Of a stretch of DNA of 64,000 bases, positions 37,420 through 50,464 are shown piece by piece. Source of the stretch: Chiloscyllium plagiosum (Eukaryota); the NCBI RefSeq assembly GCF_004010195.1, contig NC_057719.1, positions 78,973,678 to 79,037,677 of the forward strand, in the 5' to 3' direction. The notes below the pieces were generated by a model. It worked only from the letters and a program-made list of their open reading frames with translations, did not search any database and was not told the origin of the DNA. The stretch's first letter is position 1. The number at the start of each line of letters is the position of its first letter. Made by a program: the position numbers and the translations under genes.

Positions 37420-37832
37420 GTGGTGAGACCTGGGAGCTGGTGATCGCAGGAGGGGAGGGTAAATACTGTTCAGGGAGATGGTGATTAGAGGAGGAGGAGT
37501 GTAAACACAGTCCAGGGAGATGGTGATTGGAGGAGAGGAGTATAAACGTTGCCCAGGGAGATTGTGATTGGTGGAGGGGAGTGTAAACACTGTCCAGGGA
37601 GATGGTGATTGGAGGAGAGGAGTATAAACGTTGCCCAGAGAGATGGTGATTGGAGGAGAGGAGTGTAAACACTGTGCAGGGAGCTGGTGATTGGAGGAGG
37701 GGAGTGTAACACTGTCCAGGGAGATGGTGATTGGAGGACAAGAGAGTACAGTATAAACACTGCTCTGGGATATGCTGATTGGAGGAAGAGGAGGAGTGTA
37801 AACACTGCTCAGTGGGCTGGTGATTGGAGGAA
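37420..37832. repeat. Minisatellite, about 41-bp unit GGAGATGGTGATTGGAGGAGAGGAGTGTAAACACTGTCCAG, about 10 copies
   Basis: Tandem units visible directly; explains the repetitive minus-strand ORFs. Confidence 0.9.
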
Positions 37833-38254
37833 GGGAGAATAAGCATTCTATGGCTCTCTTTGTTCATGATCAAGGCCTCAGATCGTTTGTCCTCTTATAC
37901 CGTTTAAACTGAGCCTAACGTTGTGTCCACAGCTGAGCTAGCAACTTGAGACAGACTGGAAATATTCTATCCAAAATATGTTTCTCAGGGTTTAATGGGT
38001 TTGAGAGACAGGAAGAGCAAGTCTAACAGCCAAAGTGCAGTAGTTAATTATATCATGGCTTGGGTCTTTGATTTATGAGTGAATTCAGGTTTGATAGTCT
38101 ATGCACTCTGTTGTGACATGGTAACACAGTTGATTGTTTTTAGATCGGGAAATGTAGGTAAAGGGCCACAGCCTTTACAATGTAGCTTGTCAACAAGGTC
38201 AATAACATTAAAAAGCAGAGCTTGCAGTTTAAACGTCTTTAATTGTTGGAGGGA

Positions 38255-38415
38255 AAGAGAGCTCAGGGAGGGAATGCTGAGGGAGGGAGAGCTGTGGTAG
38301 GGAAGGAGGGAGAGCTGAAGAAGGTATGATAAGCACAGGAAAGGTGAGCTGAAGAGGCGGACAAGCTGAGGGAGGAAAGAAAGCTGTATGAGGGAGGGAG
38401 CTGAGCTGGGGAAGA
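38255..38415. repeat. Purine-rich short tandem repeat (GGGAGAGCTG-like)
   Basis: Repeated GAGCTG words in a G/A-rich tract. Confidence 0.65.
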
Positions 38416-38689
38416 CCATCCATTGGTTTTGAGATCCTCAGAGAAAGTAGGTTTGATGGTGGGTCAGTGTGATTGAGAAAGGGTGGAGGTGTTGTTGATC
38501 TTTAACCCAAAAAGGATCTAGGATGAGGTTATGACTTGTGATCAGGAAGAGCTACAACATTAACACAGGGAGGCAGACCACCAAAGGTTAGAGTAACTCA
38601 TGGGCCAGTTTGAAATGGTCTTGGAACTGAAAACTATGCTGCAAGAGGGACCATTGAACCAGAGACTTGACTCCACCCCTAACCTATTC

Positions 38690-40890
38690 GTTGGCATCAC
38701 TAGCTGGCCAGCATTGATTTCCTGTCCGTTGTTGTCCTTGAGAATGTGGTGGTGAGCTGCCTCTTGACCCGCTGCAACCCACCTCCTATGGGTTGGCCTC
38801 CAATGCCATTAGGGAGGGAATTCCAGGATTTTGATCGAGCAACATTGAAGGAACGGCAATATATTTCCAAATCAGGATAGTGAGTGGCTTAGGGGCAGTC
38901 TTGCAAGTGGTGGTGTTCCCATGTATCTGCTGCTCTTGTCCTTCTAGATGGAAGCATTCATGGGTTTGGAAGGTGCTGTCTAAGAATCCTTGGTGAATTT
39001 CTGAAATGCATCTTGCTGCTACTGTGAGTGGATGCTTGTGAATGTGGTGCCAGTCAAGCGGGCTGCTTTGTCCTGGATGCTGTCAATCTTCTTGAGTGTT
39101 GTTGGAACTCCACCCATCCAGGCAAGTGGGGAGTATTCCATCATACTCCTGACTTGTGCCTTGTAGATGGTGGACAGGCTTTGGAGAGTCAGGAGGTGAG
39201 TTACATGCTGCAGCATCCCCAGACTCTAACCTGCTGTTAGAGCCATTATGTTTATATGGTGAGACCAGTTGACTGTCTAGTCAATGGTAACCCCAGGACT
39301 TTGATAGTGGTGGATTCAGTAATGGTAACATCATTGAATGTCATGGGGCGATGGTTAGATTGTCTCTAATGGGAGACAGTCATTATCTGGCAGTTGTATG
39401 GCATGAACATTATTTGCCAATTGTCAGCCCAAGTCTGGATATTGTTCAGATCTTGCTATATTTGAATATAGATAAAAACAAGGACTGCAGATGCTGGAAA
39501 CCAGAGTCTAGATTAGAGTGGTGCTGGAAAAGCATTTTCTCCCCACCCCCACCCCCCCATCTCATATATCTCTCCACTCTGCAGGCACCCTGCCTCTATT
39601 CCTGACGAAGGGCTTTTGCCCAAAATGTTGATTTTCCTGCTCCTCGGATGCTGCCTGACCTGCTGTGCTTTTCCAGCACCACTCTAATCTAGACTCTATA
39701 TTTGAACATAGCTTGCTTCGGTATTTGATGAGTCACGAATGGTGCTGAACATTGTGCAATCATGAGCGAACATGCCCAGTCCTGTCTTTATGATGGACGG
39801 AAGGTCATTGATGAGACAGCTGAAGGTGGTTGGGCCGAGGACACTACCCTGAGGAAATCCTGCAGAGGTGCCCTAGAGCTGAGACAACTACAACCATCTT
39901 CCTATTGCCAAGTTTGACTCCAACCAGCAGAGAGTTTGCCCTGGATACCTATTGGTCCCAGTTTTGCCAGGGCTCCATGATGTCACATTCAGCCGAATGC
40001 GGCCTTGATGTCAAGGGCTGTCACTGTCACCTCACCTCTAGAATTCAACTCTTTTGTCCAAGTTTGAACCAAGGCTGTAATGAGGTCAGGAGCTGAATTG
40101 CCCTGGCGGAATCCAAACTGGGAGTCACTGAGCAGGTTATTGCTAAGCTGGTGCTGTTTGATAGCACTGTTGATGACACCTTCCATAATGTTAGTGATGA
40201 TTAAAAATAGATGGGTGGGGAAGTAATTGACCAGGTTGGATTTGTCCTGTTTTTTGTGTACAGGTCTTGCCTGGTCAATTTTCAATGTTGTCGGGTAGAT
40301 GTCAGTAATTGTATTGGAAGGGCTTGGCTTGGGGAGTGTCAGGTACTAGAACACAAGTCTTCAGTACTATTGCCGGAATGTCATCAGGGCCTATTGCCTT
40401 TGCAGTATCCAGTGCCTCCAACTGTTTCTTGATACCATGTGGAGTGAATTGCCTGAAGACTGGTATCTGTGATGCCGGAGACCACTGGAGGAGGCTGAGA
40501 TGGATCATCCACTCAGCACTTCTAGCTGAAAATTGCTGTGAATGCTTCAGCTTTATCTTTTGCACTGATGTGCTGGGGATATTTGTGCAGCCTCCTCCTC
40601 CAGTGAGTTGCTTAATTGTCCACAACCATTCACGACTGGATTTGGCAGGACTGCAGAGGTTAGGTCTGATCTGTTGGTTTGCTCTGTCTATCACTTGCTG
40701 CTTATGCTGTTTGGCATACACGCAGTCCTGTCTGGTAGCTTAACCAGGTTGACATCTCATTTTTAGGTGTGCCTCAAGTTGCTTCCTGCATTATCTCCTG
40801 CACTCTTCATTGAACCAGGATTGATCTCCTGGCTTGATTGTAATACTTGCGTGGGGGATATGCTGGGCCAGAAGGTTGCAGATTGACCTG
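38690..40890 (-). mobile_element. CR1/L2-type LINE ORF2 remnant, interrupted by a Penelope-derived insertion at 39472-39695
   Basis: KAIGPDDIPAIVLKTC, PVHKKQDKSNLVNY, QFGFRQGNSAPDLITALVQTWTKELNSRGEVTVTALDIKAAF, LSTIYKAQVRSMMEYSPLAW. Confidence 0.88.
39472..39695. mobile_element. Penelope-derived terminal insertion with inverted end and 16-bp flanking direct repeat
   Basis: CTATATTTGAATATAG / CTATATTTGAACATAG flanks; decayed hammerhead at 39602-39630. Confidence 0.8.
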
Positions 40891-42251
40891 CAAACATATG
40901 AAATAAATGTGCATGCTTTCAAATGGATAAATATTTCCTTGCACAACCTCAGGGAATCCAAAACAGCTTTATCCTCAGTTAAGGGCTTTTGAAATGTAAT
41001 CACTGTTATAACCTTAGATACACAGCAAGGTCCCACAGGCACCAAGGTGATAATGGGCAGGTATAATGTGGATGGAAGGATAAACATTGCAAAGGACACC
41101 CAGGAGAATCCTCTCAATTATTATTCAATCAGGATTTTCTTTTTTTGTATCTGAGGGGGCAGACGGAGTCTCACCTGACAATCGAGAAGGTCATCTGCAT
41201 TACACGGACCATACTGAGAATTAACATCATCTCGGATCGGGAAACACCTCACATCCCAGTTTCGTCCCGAATCATGTGCTTGTGGGGCTCTGTGTTTGTA
41301 CACGTATACCAGCTGTCCTTGTCACTGTAACTCTGTGCTTAGAATATCCGTGTGATGCTATATTTGTGATCCTCACAGCTATTCGGATCAACGTTCCCTC
41401 AGAATAGAAACCACAGGGTGATCTGTTTTTCCTCCTGCTCAGAATCATTTTGCCCCACAATTGACATTTAACTGGGTATATTTGTAATTATTTCTGTTCT
41501 CTTGTTTAATTGCTGAGCCAAGTGTGCAATTCCGTTCATGTTGTTGCTGTGTAATCCTTTCAGTCGTTAAGCGCTTTAAGCTATGCATCTCTTGGCGTAT
41601 TTATAACTTGGCTGCTCACGTTCAGCCCTGACTCCAGCTGTTGTCTCGTTTCATGTTGGGAGATATTTGGCAGGAGGTGTTATGAATTAGGCTGGCTAAA
41701 ATATTCAGCCCGCTCCACCTCCACATCTCCATGGTCCACAAAGAGTTAAGAGCTTTGAACCACGTTACGGCGCTCAGTGCCTTTCTTAGTTTGGGTCACA
41801 TCTTTCATAAAACAGTTGGCTTCATGGCCTGGGAGAAGGCACTCCTTACTTCAACACTATCCTGATAAACAATGAACATCTGTCTCCCTTGCAGCTGCTA
41901 TCATCTCACACACCCCCTCCGTGGGAACATCTCCTGACAGCCCATCTCTTTGGCAGCCTGTCTTCAGGACTCGTGACCAAGTGCTGGCTCCACTTTAATT
42001 CAAATAACTGGCCTTGTTCTCGTTCTCCATGGTCCCCTCAACAGTCCTCCCTCATCGATGAGCTGGAAGGTCATTTGTATAGGGCTCAGTGCCACAAGCT
42101 TGAACCAGGCTGATGGTGCTCGTGTAAGACTGAGAGAAGTGCTGCACGGAATACTGTGTTCTCAGTTGAGACTCTGCCCTCACAGGTGGACAGAAACAAC
42201 TGTGTGCGGCACCGGCAGGAGTTCTCCCGCCAATCTTGGCCAATCTTTACA

Positions 42252-42523
42252 GGGCAGCACGGTGGCTCAGTGGTTAGCACTGCTGCCTCACTGCGCCAGG
42301 GTCCTGGGTTCGATTCCAGTCTTGGGCAACTGCCTGTGTGGAGTTTTCACATTGTCTGCGTGGGTTCCTCCCACAGTCCAAAGATGTGCAGTTCAGGTGA
42401 ACAGGCCATAGTGTTAGGTGCATTAGTCAGAGGGACATGGGTCTGGGTGGGTTACTCTTCAGAGGCTTGGTGTGGACTTGTTGGGCCGAAGGGCCTGTTT
42501 CCACACTGTAGGGAATCTAATCT
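42252..42523 (+). mobile_element. Near full-length HE1-like tRNA-derived SINE
   Basis: A box TGGCTCAGTGG (42263), B box GGTTCGATTCC (42307), V-domain core and CR1-type tail. Confidence 0.9.
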
Positions 42524-42989
42524 TATCCCTCATCCAACCCCTCATCACAGAAAAGCTACTCATTGACAAATTGTTGTTTCTGGGAGCTTGCTGTGCACTG
42601 ATCTGCTGCCACTTTTTCCACATCCCAACAGAGGCTGCAACACTTAAATGCTGGCTGTAAATCACTTTGAAATGCTCCGAGGTCCTGAGGGGCGCTACAT
42701 AAATGCAGAAACTCGCTGACGAAGGAGGCATTTCCCTCCCTCTCAGGTGTGACTGACCAGAGCACACAGCCAAGACAACAGGGACCTCATTGGATCAGGA
42801 GCCTGTCCCACTCACTCATAGCCCGTGAGAACGAGAAGATGCTGGATAGCACTGGGTAGATCAAGCAGCATCTACCAAGTGAGAAACAGGGTTAACGTTC
42901 GAGAACTAGGCATCTATAATCAAGGAGAAAAATAAATATGATTTGGTCATTTGTTGGTGCTGTATTTAAGTTCCTTCCAACCTTTTGTA

Positions 42990-43420
42990 TCTCAGTCTGA
43001 ACCATCATAACCCTCTCAGCTCCACTCGGTCAGCCTTTAAACATATCAACCATTCCCTGCAGTACTGAGTTCCACACTCTTAGCATTGTTTGGTTAAACA
43101 GGTTTCTTCTGAACTTCCTGTTGGATTTCTTGGTGACTGTCCTATATTGATGGCTTCTAGTTATCCTCTTCCTCACAAGAGGAAACTCTCCCTCTGAGTG
43201 CTCACCTCTTATCATTTCACGTCTCACACTTGGCCTTCTGTTTTGAGGACAGAGGTGGCCCTGCCTGTTGATTCTTTCCTGATACTTATACCGAATCACT
43301 TCTGACATCAACCTTGTAAATATTCTCTATAGCCTCTGTATATTTGCTGTAATGTGGCAAACAGAACTCCATATAATACTCTAAATGTGATTTACCCAAC
43401 GGTTGATGTAGGTTGAGCAT
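42990..43420 (-). mobile_element. Old CR1 LINE fragment
   Basis: Minus ORF FPLVRKRITRSHQY...FRRNLFNQTMLRVWNS. Confidence 0.65.
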
Positions 43421-45295
43421 AACTGTGTGTATTCAAATAATGGCCAATCTGATATAAAAGTTGACCTCCAACGTATGGCCAAAGATGATTAATTTTTTCC
43501 GTGCCTCATGTACACATCAACTATTGGCTATTAACTAAAAATCCAAACTCTGTATTACCCACTGCTGCAGTCAAACATGCCCTAACACAAACTTAATTGA
43601 TAGAATCATAGGATAAAACACCATTGAAGATAACTGGTATGTGCACAAATCAACACAGGATATCAAGGCTACTAGCTCACTGATGTGTGCTGTGTTCTTG
43701 CCAATCCCACGCCCTGACAGGATAACACGGTGTTGAGAAGGAATGGTAGATACACAGCCCAGTTCAAACTCACAAAGATTGCAGAGTAAACAAATAACTG
43801 TGCAGCAGTTCCTGAATTCAGAGAAGGATTTGAGAGTTTGGAGGAAGCTGTCTACATGGCTTTGTCAGGTACCTAAGAATAATTGTATGAACACAGGAAA
43901 GCCAGTTGTGTGGCCAAAGTTGGAAGATGCAAATGGAAATCAGTGAAAAGTGGCTCTGAGTTTCTCAATGAGCTGACCAAATCTTTACCCTGAACCGAGC
44001 AAGAATGAGGCATTGTTGGTTTCAAAGGCATCCCTGGATGGGAGAGATGTTTGTTTGGACTGAGGGTGTTCAATTTCAGTGTCAGCTCCACAACTAAATG
44101 TGATGGTTGCAAATCCAGTGTTCTGGCTTGTTGGCAACACTGATTATGTTAATAACTTTGCTCGCACGGAGGCAAGCTTTTACCTGAGAGAAACACAATC
44201 AACCTGATTGCGAGCAATGTAAAACTTGGCACCAGTCTGATACTTGTAAGATAACACAGACTGGTGTATGTTATGCATGGGACACACAGGCTGAATGTCA
44301 GGTATTACAAAGATTGTACATGGGATAACACATGGACTGAGTTGTATGAGAGCAGTACACAGGATATACAGTCTGAAATATGTAAATTTGAACAATGATA
44401 CAGAGGTAGCAGTGTGCAATGGGACAAATGTGCATGCACAGATTGCAATGCCTCAGATGTTGTCTATCACAGATTTTTAAAGATTGCCTGAAGTCTGCTG
44501 GTTTAGCCTTTGGTCACCTGAGGAAGTGAGTGTTTGAAGATTGCAACATCAATACTAGAAGTACGTTCATCCCTTACCATGTGGTCATGATCTCTACTTC
44601 ACAGTATCAGGCTGAAACATGGACAAGAGGCACCTGAAAACACGAGAGTCTCCCATCAATGCTGTCTGTATAAGATCTGGTCCCAGAATGGATGGGGAAA
44701 GCAGGGGGACGCTGAGTTCCATGGCTGGGGAAGCAGTCTCCCCGGATCTGTTTACTGGCTTTGGATCAGAAGAAAAACGATGGATGAAGCTGACCTGAGC
44801 AAACCAAAGTGTTAGGCCAAACCATTACACAAAGCTGTCCTCTGTTCCACGTTTTCTTGATTAACCAATATATTAGGTCAGACCTCAAGAAGGGTCACTG
44901 GACTCGAAATGTTACTTGTGCTTACTCTGCACAGATGATGCCAGACCTGCTGCGTTTCTTCACCAACTGCTGTTTTTGTTTCTCCATTCATATACCTTGA
45001 TTCTGGGAGTCTTTAGTCAGTCGCTTAATCGGTTGTGCATTACCAAGGGACAGGTATTCAAGATTACCCCTCGTTTCCATCAGGACCATGAAGTTATCTA
45101 ATGGCCCATCGTTTGGTAGGCCATACTGTCTTGCTTTGACTTTGACCATTGATTTACTTGTGGACCATGAGAACTCTGCTTATCAGGTAAAAATAACACA
45201 ACACCAGGTTTTCGTCCTGGTTTTTTGGAGGGTTTATTTGGAAGCACTAGCTTTCACAGCACTGCTCCTTCATCAGACAGCTTCATCTCCTTGGT

Positions 45296-45521
45296 AAAAA
45301 CAAGGACTGCAGATGCTGGAAACCAGAGTCTAGATTAGAGTGGTGCTGGAAAAGCACAGCAGGTCAGGCAGCATCCGAGGAGCAGGAAAATCGACGTTTC
45401 GGGCAAAAGCCCTTCATCAGGAAGGGCTTCCTGATGAAGGGCTTTTGCCCGAAACTTCGATTTTCCTGCTCCTTGGATGCTGCCTGACCTGCTGTGCTTT
45501 TCCAGCACCACTTTAATCTAG
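45296..45521. mobile_element. Young Penelope-derived palindromic insertion (95-bp arms) with two hammerhead motifs
   Basis: Arms 45330-45424 and 45427-45521 show 3 mismatches by eye; 14-bp direct repeat AGCTTCATCTCCTT at 45279 and 45520. Confidence 0.9.
45390..45423 (-). ncRNA. Minimal type I hammerhead ribozyme motif (intact consensus)
   Basis: Minus strand reads UUC-CUGAUGA-A-GGGC(UUUU)GCCC-GAAAC-GUC-GAU: conserved core, stem II, palindromic ACGU stem III and GUC cleavage triplet. Activity not shown; stem I is very short. Confidence 0.7.
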
Positions 45522-45739
45522 CTTCATCTCCTTATCAGGTATAAGAAGGTCTTGCTTCAGAGCCTGACCTTGGTAGAGATAACAACCTATATTATTGTGT
45601 GTTTGTCAACTCAGAAAGTATGTTTCCTGAGAGTGAGAGAGATAAAGCTATTCCTTTGATATTCAATAAATTTTTTGAACATTTTCTATGCTTAGTGGAC
45701 ACTGATTTCTCACTGGGATTTCTTTGGGCTTTAAGCATT

Positions 45740-46915
45740 GAAAGTTGCAGAGAAGGTTGAGAAGGTGAAAACTGAAGGATACAGGATCCTGCACTTTATA
45801 AATGGATACACAGAGCTCTTGAGCAAGGAAATTATTGTGAACCTATTAGAGAACATCAGTTCAGCCCCAGCTGGACGATTGGACCCGATTCTGAGCTACA
45901 CATTTGAGCTGAAAATGTGTTGCTGGAAAAGCGCAGCAGGTCAGGCAGCATCCAGGGAACAAGAGAATCGATATTTCGGGCATAAGCCCTTCAGGAAGAA
46001 ACGTCGATTCTCTTGTTCCCTGGATGCTGCCTGACCTGCTGCGCTTTTCCAGCAATACATTTTCAGCTCTGATCTCCAGCATCTGCAGACCTCACTTTCT
46101 CCTCCTACACATTTGAGCCAGGCTGTGAAAGTATTGCAGAGAGTGTTCAAACCAATTTTTGAGAATGGCTCCAAGCGGGGTTTAGGGACGTCTGTTATGT
46201 GGATAGGTTGGTGAAGGTTGAGAGGTAATTTGATTGAGGTGTGCCAACTCATGAACTTTTTGGACAGATTACATTGAGAGAAACTGTTCCTACTGGGGGA
46301 CCGGTTGCAAACTAGATAATCATAGAATCCTTAGAGTCATAGAATCCCTACAGTCTGGAAAAGGCCCTTTGGCCCAACAAGTCCACACCAATCCTCTGCA
46401 GAGTATCCCACCCAAACCCTATTACTGTACATTTACCCCTGACGAATGCACCTAATCTACACATCCTGAACACTATGGGCAATTAAACATGGCGAATTCA
46501 CCTAACCTGCACACCTTTGGACTGTAGAAGGAAACCGGAGCAACTGGAGGAAACCCACGCAGATACAGGGAGATTGTGCAAGCTTAATGTAGACAGTCGC
46601 CCGAGGCGGGAATCAAACCCGGGTGCCTGGCGCTATGAGGCAGCTGTGATAACCACTGAGTCACCAGACAAGTTAGATTTACAAAATAAAATGGGGGAAA
46701 CACAAGAAAGAAACTTTTCATGGCGAGTGGCTAGGATCTGGAATGCAGTGTCTTGAGATTGTGATGGAGATTGATTTTGAGAAAGGAATTGGATAATTAC
46801 CTGAAGTGAAAGGAATGACAGGGATAGGTTAGAGTGTGCTAATAGCTCTTGTAGAAAGTCAACAGGTAGACAGTGAGTTAAATGGTTTCCTGCACTGCCC
46901 CCAGCCTATGATTCT
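45740..46915 (+). mobile_element. Old CR1 fragment carrying a nested Penelope-derived pair (45910-46104) and an HE1-like SINE (46320-46663, minus strand)
   Basis: CR1-like text on both sides. Inverted GCTGGAAAAGCGCAGCAGGTCAGG pair with CTACACATTTGAGC direct repeats; reverse-complement SINE head and tail. Confidence 0.7.
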
Positions 46916-47029
46916 ATAACTTTTTAGTTTACTGGAGGCAGAGGAAGGGGGATGCAGTGAATGCACTTCAAGGGATTGTGTGTCCATTTAAACATTTTAA
47001 TGAGAAAAGCATTAGATATTTTCTAATCA

Positions 47030-47135
47030 GTCTGTTCAGAGATGTTACTACACACTGCTGGTGCAGGTGGGACTTGAACCCAGATCTGCTACATTAGAGG
47101 TAGGGTCACTGCCATTGTGCGACAAGGAGCCCCAG
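47030..47135 (-). mobile_element. Short (about 100 bp) tRNA-headed SINE. Similar copies at about 24060-24130(+), 47520-47635(-), 49175-49270(-) and 58890-58985(-)
   Basis: Reverse complement reads GGGCTC.TTGT.GC.CA.TGG.AGTG.CCCTACCTCT...GGGTTCAAGTCCCACCTGC (A/B-box-like). Confidence 0.6.
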
Positions 47136-48471
47136 TGAGACTTGCTTTACTTGTTCTCTTTCTTTTTTTTTTATCTTTTCTATTCAGCGATGCTATTGCA
47201 CCCCTCTGGATTTTTTATTTACCAGCATCAAATCACCCAGTTACTAATTAAATGAACAATTATCCAGCACTACCCCCTGAGGCAGTGCAACAAGAACAGA
47301 GGTAGGGGAGGGTAGAGAAAGAGGGAGAGCGCGGAATTAAAATGGAGTTGGAGGAAGAAATAAAGCACTCCAACCCCTGTGTTGCCTGGCTCTCACTAAA
47401 GGCATTGAGACCATTAGTGGACACTGCATAGGACTCTTGTAACCACATCAAAATATGAAAGATGTGACTGTAGTCCTGTGCAAAGTCTTTGTTAAGCCTC
47501 TGTAGGTACTTATAGATATTCTAACCAGCCTGTACAGACATGCTGTGACACTTCTCTGGAGCAGTTGGAACTTGAATACCAGGCTGTCAGGACCAGATAT
47601 AGGGACACTACCACTGTGCCAGCAAAGATCCCACAAAACTAGCTTAACACTTATAGGTTTAATCCACAGCAGCTAGAGGATCAGGCCTGAGGAAAGCTCT
47701 AAGCAGAGGGTGATTGCTTTTACAGCACAGTTTGTGGGTCTGGAGGAGCACTGTTGCTTTCTCATGGTCTCCAAGCTCTGTTCTTCCTCCTCCAGGGCTT
47801 TCATGTCTCACTGAGGGCTCTTTGCAGTGATTGCTTGGAGATCCACCCTATAGCCTGCCCACCTCATGTACACACCACCTAGAGGTCAGGGCGAAAGACC
47901 CCGAAATATTTCATGTTGCCACTCAAGTGCCCGTAAGAAGTTAGCGTGAGGCAGGTCCTTTGTTGCAAATCACAAGATCCAGGCTAATATTTGAGGAATG
48001 CATGGAAGGTCTTTGAATAATATAATTTTTTTAAAAAGCTCTCACTCACGGCATAGAAAACTCAAGAATTTGTTTCAGCAATCACAAAGGCTGCTTAAAA
48101 AAAATATCCCCCTTCCTGGTTTTGACGTGCTCTGGCCTGAAAGAAGAATCACCCTCTGCAAGATTCTTGCATAATCTCGGCCAATGAAGTTCATTTGGAA
48201 AGTGTAGGAAATGTGGCAGCCATTTTGCGCACAGCAAGCTCTCACAAATTAGCAATGTGATTCGAGTCTCTTTCAGTGACGTTGGTTGAGGGATGAATAT
48301 GGGCTGGGAGGCACCATAGAGCTCTTTGAACCAGTGCTTGAGAGAATCGCTGTCAGGACAGATAGGGGTCACAGTTTTAACGTCTTATCTGAGAGGTGGA
48401 AGCCATGATCAAGGGGGTGTGCTGGTTACCGGAATGGTGTAATCACCCTCTTCCTCTGGGCTGTCTTGCAG

Positions 48472-48711
48472 GAATGGAGTGAGAACCTTGCCCGACTGGC
48501 ACAGCTGCGGGCAGCCAGTTGCCACAGGAATCACCAGGAACCGTGGGCTCAGAGAGAAGAGGAGGAGGAGATCGGCTGGAATTACCATTCCTCACCGGTT
48601 GGGACGTTGTCTGTCTCTGAAATTGTTGACCTGTGGTTTCGGGAGGCTCAGAATTATCACTACCACACGGGACAGTGCAAATACAATACCTCCTGCCAGC
48701 ATTACACTCAG
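48472..48711 (+). CDS. CLEC18A: CLEC18A exon 3 (CAP domain)
   Basis: ttgcag|EWSENLARLAQLRAASC...IGWN...EIVDLWFREAQNYHYHTGQCKYNTSCQHYTQ|gttggt; 240 nt. Confidence 0.96.
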
Positions 48712-49365
48712 GTTGGTGTGCCCAAACTGAACAAACTGGCTCCACTGACACAAAGTCATACAATTACCGTGTGTTTTACTGTCCATCTTAAGTTAATTGG
48801 CTGATCTTTTTTAAAAAAATCTCTGGCCCTTGTCACACTGTAGGTACATACAATGGAACACAACTTGCTTAGTGTCAAAAAGTGTAGCACTAGACAAGCA
48901 CATACTGTTTGACTCTGACCTCCAGCATCTGCAGTCCTCACTTTCTCCAACTTGTTTAGTGCTAAGTGTGCTCGTAATACCACCACCTCCTGTTCTGTGC
49001 CATTCACCAGCCTGGGTTATGTCCTACCTTGCCTTATGCTACACCCTGTATTCCAGTGAGTGAAAGATAAGATTGGAGCTAATCTCTTTCTGTATTTATT
49101 TACAGAATTGCACACTACAAGCATACACCTCGTAATACAAATAATCACAAGTTTTGTCTTTAAATCAATCAATTCAGAGATGTTATGACACAGCCCTGGA
49201 GCAGGTGTGACCTGAACCCAGGCCTCCTACCTTTAAGGTAGGGATACTACACTGAATCATAAGAGCCCTTTTAGAAGGAAAGTGGAGAGAGGTGATGTGA
49301 GCAGCCTCTTACTGCACCTGGTATTGCCAGGCAGTCTCCCACCCAACTACTAAACATCTACTTAA

Positions 49366-50060
49366 CACCATAAGACATAGGAGTGGAAGTAAGGCCATTC
49401 GGCCCATCGAGTCCACTCCGCCATTCAATCATGGCTGATGGGCATTTCAACTCCACTTACCCGCATTCTCCCCGTAGACCTTAATTCCTTGTGACATCAA
49501 GAATTTATCAATCTCTGCCTTGAAGACATTTAGCCTCCCGGCCTCCACTGCACTCCGTGGCAATGAATTCCATAGGCTCACCACTCTCTGGCTGAAGAAA
49601 TGTCTCTGCATTTCTGTTCTGAATTTACCCCCTCTAATTCTAAGGNNNNNNNNNNNNNNNNNNNNNNNNNNNNNNNNNNNNNNNNNNNNNNNNNNNNNNN
49701 NNNNNNNNNNNNNNNNNNNNNNNNNNNNNNNNNNNNNNNNNNNNNNNNNNNNNNNNNNNNNNNNNNNNNNNNNNNNNNNNNNNNNNNNNNNNNNNNNNNN
49801 NNNNNNNNNNNNNNNNNNNNNNNNNNNNNNNNNNNNNACTCAACCTGCATGTTTACCTTTAGAGAATCCTCAACTAGCACTCCCAGATCCCTTTGTACTT
49901 TGGCTTTATGAATTTTCTCACCGTTTAGAAAGTAGTCCATGCTTGTATTCTTTTTTCCAAAGTGCAAGACCTTGCATTTGCTCACATTGAACTTCATCAG
50001 CTATTTCCTGGACCATCTCCCAAACTGTCTAGACCTTCTGCAGCCTCCTCACTTCCTCAG
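49366..50060 (-). mobile_element. CR1 LINE fragment spanning an N-gap
   Basis: MKFNVSKCKVLHFGKKN...VQRDLGVLVEDSLKV; CATAAGACATAGG tail. Confidence 0.88.
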
Positions 50061-50366
50061 TAGTGTGTGTCTACTGGTAAGGGCTGAAGTGAATGTGCAG
50101 GCCAAGACCCACCACCTGCATACAACTAAATGCAATTAATAAACAATTAATATCCTGTCCTGTGATAATCCTCCCCCTGTCCTTTCCTCTGCCCTTCCCC
50201 TTTGCCACTCTTTGGGCCTTTGGTTCTGCCCTGTGCTCTTCACCCTCTGCCCTGCCTTTAAGGTCTGCTCAATCCCAGTTACAGACAACAGTGGAGAATC
50301 CAGCTCGTGGGAGGCAAGTGAAAGGAGGAGCAAACCTTAATGCTCTTGAATTCTGTTTTTTAACAG

Positions 50367-50464
50367 CTTGTCTGGGCGACCACCAGCAAAGTGGGGTGTG
50401 GGAAGCGCACGTGTTTTCAGAATGGAGAATGGATGGACATCGTTATCTGTGCCTATTCACCAGG
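50367..50464 (+). CDS. CLEC18A: CLEC18A exon 4 (CAP domain)
   Basis: taacag|LVWATTSKVGCGKRTCFQNGEWMDIVICAYSP(G)|gtaaga; completes the CAP motifs HYTQLVWA and C.YSPG. Confidence 0.96.

Noticed and set aside
41895..42070. Cryptic exon in intron 2 (good acceptor, open frame)
   Set aside because: Poor donor, no homology, and exons 2 and 3 already join into a complete CAP domain.
42252..42325. tRNA gene
   Set aside because: The A/B boxes are the head of an HE1-like SINE that continues into the SINE core and tail; the same applies at 56015 and 60866.
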